Positions 1-11,699 of a DNA stretch of 64,000 bases are shown here, piece after piece (the stretch's first letter is position 1; each line of letters starts with the position of its first letter). Under the pieces are notes generated by a model. It made no database searches and was not told the origin of the DNA. It saw only the letters and a list, made by a program, of their open reading frames with translations. The stretch comes from Raillietiella orientalis (taxonomy: Eukaryota): assembly GCA_036172245.1 (NCBI GenBank), contig JAYWIR010000001.1, forward strand, positions 10,168,001-10,232,000, written 5' to 3'. A program made the translations under genes and the position numbers.

Positions 1-1100
1 GGAGTGGCAGCATCCACCAGCTCGTGCGTCTTTCGGTTGCCGAGGAGTTTCATCCTTCCCGCGATGCTGCAGGAAGATTCCCACCCTATCTCTGTTGGCT
101 ACTGTTCTGAGGGCTGACCGAGATGTAGCGAGGGGTATGCGAACAGAATCCACCACTTCGCTACGTTCTGCATCACCGCTTCCAGTGGTCTCAGCAACAG
201 AGGTCGCAGGGGGCAAATATCTTCAGAGCACCTTCCGTCGAAGGAAGTCCAAGAAGCAACAGCCTCCTGCTGCCAAGCATTAAAATTCATAGGCCGGCAG
301 GAGATCCACGGTCGAGTTTCGACTAGGGAGGCAAGTTGCCACAAGGGGAAGATGAATCCCCGCGTCTTGCACCGGGTGCTCGGCAGCAACGAGAGCAATC
401 CTTCATTGCTGGCTCTTCTCTGGAGGATGAGACGTGCAGGCGCACACAAAGGATACGTCCACAGAGCTTGGTCACATCGGAAAGTACAGTCCTGTGGACG
501 TGACCGGCCGACCGAAGGTGCTCATTATCAACACCACCTGCCAGATGGCATTCGGAGAATCATTACCCGAAGATGAATTCTGGATGGGGAGGCATGCGCA
601 GCTGAAGCAGCAAGGGATGCAAGGGTCAAATGCGCTGCCTTCTCCAGCAAACTTGTTACCACCATCGGGTGCCCCAAGGATGTGAGCGCACTGTCGGAAA
701 AGTTCACCTCTGCATTCTGCAGCCTGAAGTCCCACCCTGAGTCAAACATGCTTCTTTAGTTTTACCGGGTAAAGGGACCGCCTCGGCTAAGGGAAGCATT
801 CAAGCGTCCTTCCAAAGAATTTTTAGGTTCCCGCTTTCTGTGTGGACAATTCTCTGTTCCCTCGGGAACGGAGGCTGCTTCTAGGCCATGGTTTCTCGTG
901 CAGTCAGCGTCATCACCTTGTCTTCGGGAGGGTTACGTCCACAAACCGACCGAGATATGGAGCCATCGAATTGCAGCCTCATCTGCTGATGGACTTCAGT
1001 GCCCTTGATTTTTCGCAAAGGCAGGCTTTGGCAATCCTCCACACCGAGGATACTGCCAAGCACTTTCTGCGGTGGTCCTTAGCTCGCGGAGAACTAGGGG
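1..1100 (-). mobile_element. Degenerate RT region of a CRE-like (restriction-like endonuclease type) non-LTR retrotransposon
   Basis: Minus-strand peptides in the expected order: 'CLAVSSVWRIAKACL' (ORF 979..1410, like RPIAVG..RRL.AKC), 'HILGAPDGGNKF' (472..735, like LLGAPIG..F), 'LWQLASL' (99..449, like W.QASLP). Frameshifted. Confidence 0.45.
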
Positions 1101-1195
1101 TGGAAAGCAGTGGAGCAAGCGAGATGTTGCATCCGTGCTGCCGTCGCAGGACCAGGACCCCCGTGTCATGGAGTCTCGAGCGCAGCCACGGGAAG

Positions 1196-2110
1196 ATGAG
1201 GGGAAACATCTCGGGTTCCTTTTCTGCTTTCGCTGTTTCCGTTCCAGCTTTTTTTCTTCTTTTATTCTGGTTCGCTGGGTTTCTTTTATTCTTTCTTTTA
1301 TTCTGGAAAAACCATTCGCCTGGAGGCCCACGAAGCTCTTTAACACTGTCCACGCCACCCAAGGGTGAGTTTTTACCCTTCAAGTTAGTAGACAGCTCCG
1401 TAGGGACCACTCTATGAATCCAGGAAGGCTCTGGAGGAAGGAATCCTTTCCTCTTACGCTTACTCTGTAGGGAACCCTCTCGCCCTGGTTGTCTCTCAAG
1501 GCAATCTCGAAAAAAAGTACTCCCTCATTCTTTCCAGAGTGACCTCCCGAATTGGATCACTCCTTTCTTCCCCGGTTTTCACCCAGACGCGCTGGGGCGT
1601 TTAGTGAATGCAAAATAAACTCATGCTGTGGTGGAACTCGTCACACTGTCCATGGATCTGGAGTCACCCATAAGAGGACCCGCGGAGCTTCCCTCTACAT
1701 CACAGGGAGAGAGAAGACCAAAAAAAATAAAGAATGAATCAAAACACTGGAGGGTTGAGAAGAGTCTGCATCTCTCTCCAGCAGACAGTGGTCCCTTCCC
1801 GAACCTTTAGTGTTTTTATTTATTATTTATTTTTTATCTTTATTTTTTCCGCATTATTTTTTTCTGCATCCATTCCAGGACTCTGCCAAATTTCTCTGAA
1901 GGACGCTCCCCGAAGGGAGCAGAGCGATTCTTGCACTCTGGAGAAGCACGCCCTCGAGGAAACCATCAACCAGTTCCATGGAGTGCGATGGAAGACCCTA
2001 CGGGGGAGGTAACGTCTCTATCTAACCATCGGAGGGGAACAGGCTCCTCGTTTCCTGGAAGGACCTTGGAAGGACAAGGGGGGTATCCGATTTCCGGCTC
2101 CCACCACTGC
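1196..2110 (-). mobile_element. Long SINE-like family, headless copy interrupted by a LINE 3' fragment
   Basis: 1329-1430 (cacgaagctctttaacac...gggaccactctatgaatccaggaagg) is the reverse complement of 7195-7298; 1885-1945 (aatttctctgaaggacgctccccgaagggagcag) matches 61150-61200 and 10560-10620; T-rich 1196-1310 is the complement of the A-rich end at 7350-7427. Confidence 0.75.
1576..1870 (-). mobile_element. 3' UTR fragment of L1/Tx1-like LINE inserted in the SINE copy
   Basis: Ends (minus strand) in ctaaacgccccagcgcgtctgggtgaaaa, the terminal motif shared by other LINE 3' ends; segment is absent from the other SINE copies. Right boundary approximate. Confidence 0.55.
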
Positions 2111-2209
2111 TGCACCCGACGCCGCACGGACGTGTTTTTCGCTCCTCGGCTGGTGTATCGACTTTTTCTTAAGTGGTTTGTGTGAATTCGGTGGTGGCGA
2201 AGGCAGCAA

Positions 2210-3200
2210 TGCCTGACATCACCACCAATGAAGACCGAGGGAGATGCCTGCCCAGAGGCTATAGAAGTGGGAGCGTCGACCCTCACAGAATCGCCCCTTA
2301 CGCCAACGAAAGCCTGGAAGGCCGCGGTACCATCGCAAGCAGCCATAGCCAAGCAGAAGGCTTACATTAAGGAGGGCTACAACCCAGTCCTCCTCTACAA
2401 GGTGGGCCACTTATACAGTCCGGAGAGCGCGACCGCCTTCTCGAGGGCGATGTGCGCCCACGGCATCCAACAAGAGGAGCTTCTTGCGATGACCGTCCGG
2501 AGCGGAGATCGGTACGAGGTGGTCTGCAAGCAGGCAGACTCTACCCAACGATTGCTGAGAACCCCCGTTGCAATGGGAAGCAGAAGGCTGCTCCCAATTA
2601 CAGTGGACCGCTCAATATTGGTTCACCTTCTTAGGATAACGATGCAGATGACCAAGGAGGCGTCCACGGCGAACTCGCCAAATATAGCACGGTCCACACT
2701 CTATGGACAAAGCCCTTTCCCTTCGTGAAACATAGAGGGCTTCCGCGAATCACCGTGCGCGAGAGTTGTGGGTTGCCCCACAAAATAAAGGTCTCCGGGG
2801 AACAGGTGGACCTATATTACGTGGGGATATCCAAGTATTGAGGCCGTTGAGAGTGCTCGGGCCAACTGAAAAAGAGGTGCTCGTGTGCAGAATGCTAGCA
2901 GTGCGGCAGCAAGGGGCATATCAGTAAGGTGTGCCCACAAAGTACTGTACCGTCTGCCAAAAATGGCAAAAAACTCGGAAATCGTCTGCCAAAAAGTGGT
3001 AGCGAAAGCCGCCGCAAAGAACGCTATCACCGCACCCCAGACTAAAGCTGCTTTGGAAACTCCAGAGAAAAATGCAGGAACCAAAGAGGAAAATGACCAG
3101 GAGACTGGATGGCAGGTGGTTAAATCCAAAAAAGAGAAGAAGCAGGAGAGGAAAAAAATTGAAATCGCGAAGAGCAGCGAGAATCCTCCGCGTCGCAAAA
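2210..3200 (+). mobile_element. Gag-like ORF1 remnant of L1/Tx1-like LINE
   Basis: ORF 2228..2728 (...GDRYEVVCK...LLPITVDRSILVHLLRI), then 'KIKVSGEQVDLYYVGISKY*GR*ECSGQLKKRC' (decayed YxG..CxxCxxxGHxxxxC knuckle) and a basic 'GWQVVKSKK' tail (ORF 2885..3397). Homologous peptide 'CLPVTLDRSIL' at 52408..52764. Confidence 0.65.
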
Positions 3201-3224
3201 ACACAAAGAGTAGCCGTGTGGTCG

Positions 3225-3950
3225 TTTCTTACCCGATCGCGCCGAGACGTTTATTTAAAATACAAATCATCTGGGAACAAAGTTCTCAGGCAAAGGAGAC
3301 AGAAGTTCAGGGGGAGGACTCCCTGACATGCAGGTCGGGCATACTGAAAGTCCGCAATGGGAGGGAGGGAACAATAAATAAATACAAAAAGATATGAAGA
3401 AGTAGCTGTCAGGGACAGGGGTATTTGGTTTCGGCCGTTCCTTTTTCTCCGAACCGGCGCTGAATGCCTGAGATCTCCTTCCTGACTTCTTCGCTCATGT
3501 TAGAGCACCTGGTAGCTGTCCTCATGTTGGAGGCAGCAATGCCGGTGACCTCTGCTGGAGCCGCTCGCGACTCCAACACGTGGCGGGTCATGACAATGGC
3601 GCGGATGCAACTTATCGTTGCGATGACCGCTCCTAGCGAGCGGCCGCAGCACATGAAGAAGCGGAGCATGATGTCGAGAACGGTGTCCTTCTGGTGCAGG
3701 AAGGCTGAAGCCAGCTTTCGACACAGTCCTTGAAGGACACCGCAGTCGAAGAACAGGTGCGGGAGCGATTCCACCGCTCCTCACCTTCTGCAATTCGGGG
3801 AGGTTGCCCCCCCGAAAACGAGGTTCGCGCTCTGATTGCTATGGAGCCTCACGGTAGGGGGAACGCATAGGTGTCCACGCACGAAGGAGGGACCGTCGTG
3901 TGGTCGTAGAACACATTCCCGCGATCGACCAGCGCTGCGCTGCCGAACTC
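3225..3950 (-). mobile_element. 5'-truncated L1/Tx1-like LINE 3' end (CCHC finger, 3' UTR, terminal hairpin)
   Basis: 'PNCRR*GAVESLPHLFFDC' CCHC motif leading into ORF 3409..3774 ending '..KEISGIQRRF'; T-rich 3' UTR; terminal aaataaacgtctcggcgcgatcgggtaagaaa at 3225-3256. Confidence 0.8.
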
Positions 3951-4449
3951 GTCGTTGCCACGCCACCCCTCGAGAAAGTTAGCGAGGAAGGGAGCGAGGC
4001 GGCGGAGTCTGACCGAAACAACGTCGCTTTCTAGCGAACCGCGGAAGAGATCGTTGCCACGCGACCCCCGAGGACCGCGAAAAAAGCCCTGAGGCGCCCA
4101 GCCTCTCCGAAGGCGACCGAGATTTCGGACTCCGACGAGAAAGCTGGAAAAACAACTTCTGCCGCCACAGCACCTTGCTAAAAATCTGAGCGCAAATCCA
4201 AGACCCCGCGGAGGCACATCGCTCTAGTCGAAGGTGAAGAGATCGCCTCCGGAAGCAAAGGTGCGATGAGCGTAAGAACTCGGAACTCGTCTCCCGATAG
4301 GGTACCGCGCTTTGACGCAGAGGGGATGGAGTGGATGGAGTCCATCCAGGTGCCTCAGGTGCCTACCGCTGTCCCCGAAAGCATCAAACTCGCTCAGGTA
4401 GCGGGTGCCAACACGTCACTACTCCAGCACTGATGCCAAGAATCGCCTC

Positions 4450-5340
4450 TCGTCATCGTCTGAGGATCGCCTGTTGGAACGTTAACTGGCTGAGCGACGA
4501 CGGCAAGAGACGGAACGTGGCCGCCACCCTGCGGTTCTTCGAACCTTGTGATGCTGAGGAGATACACATCATCTCCGCATAACAAGTGCAGGAGATCGAA
4601 CGGATCTCGGGAGGGCAGCTGCTGCGGCGATGCAGCACTGCGCAATCCAGGGGGGTCGCTTACATGCTTCAGACATCTGTTGCGGCCGCCGCCCGGAACG
4701 TGCAGTTCGACGATGTGGGTTGAGTCGGCCATCTGACCGTTAGATGGTCCGACCCCAGCCACCTGATCGTCACCAGCCTGTACGCTCCGAATGGCACCCA
4801 CACACGGACGGCAATGAACAGCATTCTTCCATGCCCCAAAGCACGAATGACTGGCTGAAGGGGCCATGCGCAATCTGGTAGCAGGTAACTTAAATGTACT
4901 CTTGGTGCCAGGTGAGACGGGCACTGAACGAGACCTGGCCAACGAAATGAGCGCGGCGATGTACACACTCAAATTGTCGGCCGGGGAACTGGGAATGGAG
5001 ACCAGCATTGACCATGTCTTGATCAGCAGCTGTGCTTCAGTGTGGCCAGACGTGGCAAGGTCCATCGAGGCTGAACAAGGCAAAGGTTGCAAGGGTGAAC
5101 AAGACGAAGTCGTCCATGATTCCAGTTGGTGTGGCGTGGGCAGACCGACCGAACTGGTTCTTCCTGGGGATCCTCACGGGCTGGTACTTAAAGTACCCGG
5201 GCATTCCGTTGGGGGACTTCTGCTCCGCGGAAGCCGGATCCGGCCGTCTTCAGAAAGCACTGCAGGATCTCGGCCCGTTCTAAAGATGCAGGTACAACCA
5301 GCCTGAACGGGTCGTGGTGTGGACCACTTTTGTGATCCTT
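4450..5340 (+). mobile_element. APE endonuclease domain remnant of LINE ORF2
   Basis: Motifs in order: 'LRIACWNVNWL', 'EEIH' (QETH), 'SRGVA', 'SLYAPN', 'LVAGNLN' (GDFN), 'TSIDHVLIS' (RIDY). Probably the same element as ORF1 at 2210-3200. Confidence 0.8.
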
Positions 5341-5499
5341 GCATTTTGTTTGCCCCCCGCCATGCAGCACTAGAAAGCGGACAAAGAACCTCCTCCAGAT
5401 CGCCCTCTAGGGCAAAGGGAGATCCCGAGTCCGCCTAAAAAACTTGTGTGCTCCGCGCCGAGACGGCATTGCTGGGGGTGTCCTAGACGATGGCTCTAG

Positions 5500-6010
5500 T
5501 GGTCGCAGGTTTTCTTGCAGTTCAGTCGAATTAGACGGACATGGTGCTCCTATTATATTCCCTAATTCTCTGACAATCCCTCTTATCGAATTGCCGTTAC
5601 ATCCGATTATGTTTGTGGCTCCTGCGTAACTCGATGCCCTGAGACAAGTTATGGCGGTGGCACATCATTGCAGACAGGTTGAGATTCTTCTGAAGGAGGA
5701 ATGACATCTCAAGACACAGAGTAATGAGTTCATGGAAAATTGATTCCGGGTTTCGTAGGGTGCACGATGTGGTTTTTTGATGAGCAGACAAGGGAGCTCA
5801 GTTTCCAGGTTGCAAACTGGGTTCAGTTGACCTCGGTTACGAATGCACGAAGGGAAGCAGCGCCAAGGATGTCCATCTTCTTTCCTTTCTGATTTGTTCT
5901 GAATGCTTGGATCCCAGAGTCCGACTTCCACTCCTGGTTCTCAAAATTTTGATCAGTCAGAGACAGGCAGTTCGCCTTCTGTGAGACCAGGGGGTTCCAG
6001 TTTTCATCTT
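5500..6010 (-). pseudogene. Possible NACHT NTPase remnant (copy A)
   Basis: 'KKMDILGAASL' (like EILGF), 'LLQKNLNLSAMMCH' (like P..L.M.C), 'IVRELGNII' (like L..LG..A) in order. Weak. Confidence 0.3.
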
Positions 6011-6640
6011 CGGTGCGCACGCTCCCCGGGCTCAGAGAGGCGTGAACACCAGAGACATTGAGGTCGCGCTGTACGTTGTAGCGACCCTGCCGAGTTAAGC
6101 CTCGCGGTTCCCCGGTTGCCTCCTTGCTCAGTTGAGCCGCCAGCCTCTGCGAGTGGGAAGGGCTGCGTGAGAGAAACGCTCTCCGCGCGGAAAGGGTCTT
6201 TCGCGCTCATCCTCCTGCCATCTCTAAGGGGCACGAATGTTCGATCAGCCCTCCTCCAGGCACGAAACTACGGAAGGAAGGTGGCAGCTGACGACCAGCG
6301 TGGAACCGGCCATTCCCAGGAGACGGCTGCAGACTCCTCCCGGACGTGATGTTTCAGGACGAAAGTCGACTTATCAGCTGAACGCTGCCCTTCCACGAGG
6401 CAGCTCTGGGACAACCATAGAGGAGGAAAGGCAAAGAGAGAGGGTGCCCAATTCAGGTGCTCAGAGAACAAAAAGGCATCCTCTCAAAGGAGAGAAAAAA
6501 AAAAAAACAGGTCATGACCTTAGGGTGTAATAGGGATAGTGTTGTTTTACGGGCAAGCATGTGCAACTGCCAGCGAGCCTCTGACTGAATAACCAGTTCA
6601 TGGAAATCATAGGAGAAGAACCGGGATCTTAAGGAGGAGA

Positions 6641-7427
6641 CCACGTTGGAGGCCGCATGACTGCGGTCTCCGCGTGATGCCAAGCGTTGCGGGTTCGATT
6701 CACCCATTTCACACTGGTGAAATGGGTGAATCGTGGGTTTTAAGTGTCCCTGCAGGATGATGCTGACTAGCCCACGAACTTCCGGACGCGGAGGCACTGG
6801 TGGAATGCGAAAACCGGATGCTCTCATTGTGTGTTCGGGATTGGAAGTGGATCCTCCAGGGCCCATCCAGGAATCAAGGAGTCGGTTCCCTTCGGGGTTC
6901 TAGTCCATTAGTGAAATAGAGGCCCATAGTAGAGCTTGTTGATACCCCCTCAGGGGGTTACCTCTCCAGAGTGCAAACAGCGCGCTGCTCCCTTCGAGGA
7001 GCCCCCTTCAGAGAAAATTGGGAAGCGTCCCTTCGGGGTCCCCTTCAGAGGAAGAAACCAGGGATGTCCCTCCTTTCCATGAGCTTCCTTCGGAGACAAA
7101 AAAGAAGAGATACCCTTGGGTGTTTCCTTCGGACACAACCAGGACGAGAGTCCCCAACCAAGAAAGCGTGAGGGGAAAGAACTCCTTCCTTCAGTGCCTT
7201 CCTGGTTTCATAGGGTGGTCCCTTAGGAGTTAACCCCCTCTAAATTCAGAAGTTACACACCCTCGGTTGGCGTGGATGGTGTTGAAGAGCTTCGTGAGTC
7301 CCCCCCCTGAAGAGGAGAGGCGTTCTTCTGCACTTGGCGAACTCATAAGCAGAAAACCCGAAATCCGAAAAAAGATTAAAAGGAAAACAGCAAAACAGAA
7401 GAAAAACCAAAGGATTTCCGTCATCTA
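6641..7427 (+). mobile_element. Long tRNA-derived SINE-like element, most complete copy
   Basis: tRNA-like head with B-box gggttcgattc (6691-6701); body colinear with 55728-56520 and, inverted, with 10330-10845, 61050-61610 and 1196-2110; A-rich end. Confidence 0.75.
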
Positions 7428-7429
7428 AT

Positions 7430-8153
7430 CCTCCCTCTCACGTGGAGGAAGTTGGCGCTGCTGGTGGTGCATAGGACAATCCCATGCAAAGCGCTACTTC
7501 ACCAATGGATACGGGGAAGGATGAGTGCTAAGCGCGAGAGGTGCGGGAAGAAGGAGATCCTCCCGTTTCTGCTGCTGGAATGTGCTGCCCTCCAACCTCT
7601 TTGGCAAAGCATCGAGAGGATCCGAGAAACCACAGTGGGCGGCCCCAGAGACATTTTCAGACGCTCCTTTGCGTGTGGTGCCACACTGCCACCAGCCGTG
7701 TCCCTCGCAGTTCTCTTGCTGTGTTTGCGGAATCCTAGCGGCTTGGAATGCCAGGAGAGGAGGCCGAAATGGCAGGGAGGCGGATATGGGCGCGAATTTT
7801 CTTGAAGAACTCCTCGAGATAGCTCCACCTGGGCTATATACAGACAGAACTTGCCAGCATCCTGAACAGGATGCAGACTGAGCAGACTAGCCTAAGCAGG
7901 GCGTCTGACAGCGTACTATGGTTCGTTCCTCTTCCCTCGCCCACTCTCTCCCCGTGCACGAATTCTCCACCCCTGTTTTGTGGGTTCCGTCCTTTTTTGG
8001 TTTTGTTTTCCACTCCCTCCCGCTACCGGAGCGGATCCTCCCCGTACCGGTCTTCGACAGTTTCATCGCACGTGGTAGAACCAAGGGTTCTTCCACACAA
8101 ATGCATTTTTATTATTTTATGTCATAAATGCACCGACATAACCAGGTGATAAC
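7430..8153 (+). mobile_element. L1/Tx1-like LINE 3' end
   Basis: ORF 7452..7805 'VHRTIPCKALLHQW...RERCGKKEILPFLLLECAALQPLW' (zf-RVT/CCHC-like), pyrimidine-rich UTR, terminal cataaatgcaccgacataaccaggtgataa at 8123-8152. Confidence 0.75.
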
Positions 8154-8599
8154 CAGAACTCATCAGCTGTGGATGCGGCAAGGAAGTGAACTCTTGCACG
8201 ACTTTTCTGATACCTGGTTATAGTGGTGTTCATGGAAAACCCTGTAAGAAATCCAAACGCAGACGTGGTCATCAAAAGACAACTGAAGAGAGAAGCACTA
8301 CTGGACTTCGATGCCCATTTCGGAACATAGGAGCGAGATCACGGGCTGACGTGCCGTGCACCAGCAGTCGTACAAGGATAGCTTGAGCAGTCGATGTTTT
8401 CTACGTGAGGGTTTCTGCAGCTTTGAGCGCTCTGCGCCTTGCTGGCCTCCGTTGCTCTTAGGAAGGACTCTACTCGAGCGCGAGTCGAGGAATAGAGCTA
8501 CTTGCTATCCTGCTCATCCCATTCGAGTTTCGAGTCCTGATTGAGACAGGCTATATGTAGGGCAGTAGTCTGTACCAATGTGAAAGCGAGCTACAGGCA

Positions 8600-10180
8600 A
8601 CTTTCGCACGTGTGATCTTCGGCGGGAACCTCTCTGGTTTCGTAAGAGGAACTGCAATGCCTGAAAGTTCTCGTCGTGAAAGGGGGAGAAAGACGCGATA
8701 AGTTCAGGGTGTAAGAAAGCTGAGGACCGTGGTACTTGGAAGAACGTGATGGAAGAGTGGGTTGCATCGCGATACAGCAGTAATTCTGGATGAAATTTGG
8801 ATGAAACTGATCATCTTCTCTCGCTGAGAAGAGTACGTCACGAAAGCCATCATTTACTCTTCGAATCAGAACCGAGTGCGATCTGAATTTCCAATTCTGA
8901 TCTTTGGAAAGCGCCCCATGAAGCGAGAGAGCCGGTGCATGGGACGTTGGACTTTCCTTTGAAAGCTTTTTGGTACCAAGAGATCCAAGTTTCTATGGAA
9001 ACGAGAGGAGTGAAAGGCTCTTCGGGTGCTGGAGCACGAGTAGCACAAAAACTTGCGCGCATTTTTCTGCGCGGCTTTTTGAATGGTTCACTTGCTGCGG
9101 ATATACTCGAACGCTTCTAATTGCCTTCGCGGATGACACCTGAGGGAAGGAGGGAATCGGGAAGAAGGAAACGTTCACGGATGGAGGCCCTCCCGTATTT
9201 CCGGCAGCAAACATTCTGAGCAACTTTTTACTGAAGAAGAGGTTTGTCTAGTTCGTCTGGGCGGATATCATCGAGCGCTACTTGATGGTGCAGGAGCAAG
9301 CCCTTTCCCGCCAAAGTACCTGGCGTGGCCCTCACAAGATCTTCCTTCGTTCTAGCTCAAGTGAGAAGACGACCAAAGGAGTGTCGTCCTCGAAGGTAAG
9401 TCCGCTTTTGTGATGAGCTGCACCTCGTATGGATTTGGGCGACCGATGGGCATTTTGCGTTCTGTTCCAAAAAGTTATCTTGTATTCTATGGAGATTTGG
9501 AAGAGACCGAATCGTGTTCTTGTCCACGACAGCCCTCCGATGTCTTTCTGGAGCACTTGATGCCACTACGAAGGTGCACATTGACGGTCGCTCCAAGTGT
9601 GTTCGCGCCCAAAATCTACCGCACGCACCACAACGATTCTTCACCTCCATAGCCAGAGGGCGATCGTAGCTCTGTCTTGGAGGTTGAGTAAGGACGCTCC
9701 ACCTTCAGGACCCTGTTGCCCCGGCGGAAGAACCGTTGCAAGCTGCTTAGACGATTCTCATCTTCATTACTGCCACTGCCCACTGCTGTTCACTATGCAC
9801 CGAACTCTTTGCTTCAACCCACGGCGCCAGTTCACCAGAATTGATCTCTTGGTGGAGTTCATGGGTCTGACAACTTGAACATCAGCGTTTAAGCAAGGCG
9901 GACTTCTCGCCCATTCGAAGCTTGAGAGTAGTTCAAGGTCACTTTGTCCTCATTGTCTCTGATCATTCTCTTCGCAGCAGAAGACCTTCCTCCTCCCTTC
10001 ATGTTCTGAGAGTGCCAGGCGTCATGAAGGAAACGTTGGGAGGACCTGCTGCACCAGATGGTTTGATTCCTCTTTCGCCCCTACGTCCAAGTGTTCTCAC
10101 AGCCAACGTGCGCGTTGGAATCCCTGTGGACGACGCCCAGAGCTTTCCTTGGCTCCCCTTTCGTGGTCAGATGTGATTCC
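8600..10180 (+). pseudogene. NACHT/STAND NTPase pseudogene (copy B)
   Basis: 'VKGSSGAGARVAQKLARIF' (Walker A-like, ORF 8935..9120), 'EEVCLVRLGGYH..LLDG' (Walker B-like, ~9235-9290), 'GVALTRS' (sensor 1-like, ~9320), 'YGFG' (ORF 9410..9652). Confidence 0.5.
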
Positions 10181-10329
10181 CATCCTAGAGGATAAGACCC
10201 TCAAGCTGGTGGGGCAGATTCACTCAAAGCAATTTACTGCGCACATGGGGTGATTATTTGGAAAAGGCTACTCCCTCCTGCACGGTTTCTGGACCCAGGG
10301 AAGACAATAAAAACTCAGGGTTCGCAGAA

Positions 10330-10845
10330 TTATGAAACCAGGAGGGTTCTGGGGAAAGGTGTCCATTTCTCTTACGACTACTTGATAGGGAACCCTCGCC
10401 CTGGTTGTCTCCCAAGGAATCCCCGAAGAGGACCTCTTTTTCCTTTTCTTAGAGGGACACTCTAGAAGGAGCCGCTTCTGAATTCCTTCTTCGGAGGGCA
10501 CTTGCAAGGGATACGTTCCTTGTGCCTTCCTCTGAAGAAAACCTCGAAGGGATGCTTCCAAATTATCTCTGAAGGTCGTTTCCTTGAAGAAAGCAGAGAG
10601 CTTCTTACGCTCTGGAGAGGCGACTCTCCGAGACATCATGATCACGCCAATCAGTCGACGGAGGATACAGTTTCCAGCTGACGCCGGTGCCGCACCCAAA
10701 TAGATCAACCAACATTACCCTGCGAGAGCACTCGAAACTCACGACACACCTCCCGTTCTCGGCGTCAATCCTTTCCCGGGTGGGATTCAAACCCGCAACG
10801 CTTGGTGCTACGAGCAGAAACCGCAGCCATACGGCCGTCAACGCA
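10330..10845 (-). mobile_element. Long tRNA-derived SINE-like element copy
   Basis: Minus strand reads gttgacggccgtatggctgcgg...ccaagcgttgcgggtttgaatcccacccggg (B-box at 10782-10794), followed by the shared body. Confidence 0.75.
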
Positions 10846-10929
10846 AATCTTCACCTCCGAGTAGGGCGCGGTTCCCAGAGGTTGCTGAGGGCATGCCCTG
10901 TGACGACACCAACTTAACAATCTGGACAA

Positions 10930-11620
10930 CCCATTCCCTATCTCCTATGAGCAGGCCGCGATGCTCTTTCTTCACTGGCGACTACGGTGCAGTGAACGGC
11001 GGCACCGCGTTTCCGCGGGGACTGTAAGGAGCACTCCGGCACCAGGAGAATACCGCCCGAGATGTGTTGCGACGGTCTTCGCTCGGGGGGACCCACGACG
11101 GACACGATGATCGCAACCATCGGTTGCCATCGTCACAGTTTTCCATGTGCTGGAGAAGACCACACAGCGAACGGAGGTCACCAGAATGGCAGTCGCCTAC
11201 ATGAGGACAGCGGCCAGGCGGTCCCACCTGGAAGAGGAGGACAAGGAAGAGATCGGCGGCATCCAGCGCCGGTTTTAGGAAACCTAGAAACGACGAACAT
11301 GGGTGACCTTTGTCCCCTGCTTCCCTTTATTTTATTGTATTTTCTCATTCCCTATTCTATTGGCTCCTGAACTTCACCAGTTTTTTGTTTTGATCTCGGG
11401 ACACGTGGAGCAAACCCAAAGATCCTTGTCCCATCCCACCGGAATTCTTTTTTTTGTTGTTGTCCCCGTTCCGAACTTTCCGATAATCCCGTCCGGCGTG
11501 TCGTTGAATCCTCCCCTTGAACATTGAACAAGCTTTTTGTCCTGGTTTGGGAACTGTGTCTTCTCGACTGATTTTTATTTCTTATAAAACAAAAACGCCC
11601 TGGAGTGAGCGGGTGAAAAA
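10930..11620 (+). mobile_element. L1/Tx1-like LINE 3' end
   Basis: 'MIATIGCHRH' and 'KEEIGGIQRRF' match ORF 3409..3774; T-rich UTR; terminal aaaaacgccctggagtgagcgggtgaaaaa at 11591-11620. Confidence 0.75.
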
Positions 11621-11699
11621 CCTTGCACTCTGAAGAGGGCGTCCATTCTTAAGGCTTGAGCTGCGCTCTCCATCTGTGCCTTGAAGTCGCAGGAGGACT

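Noticed and set aside
1196-2110. Repeat interpreted as the 5' UTR or LTR of the LINE whose ORF1 starts at 2210
   Set aside because: In the other four copies the same end runs into a tRNA-like head on the opposite strand, not into ORF1.
6641-6712. Functional tRNA genes at the four B-box loci
   Set aside because: No clean cloverleaf or T-run terminator; all four continue into the same long body, which fits SINE heads.
11621-11645. Site-specific LINE insertion into the SINE (flank ccttgcactctgaagagg resembles SINE body)
   Set aside because: The match is short, and the other insertion (1576) is at a different SINE position and orientation.
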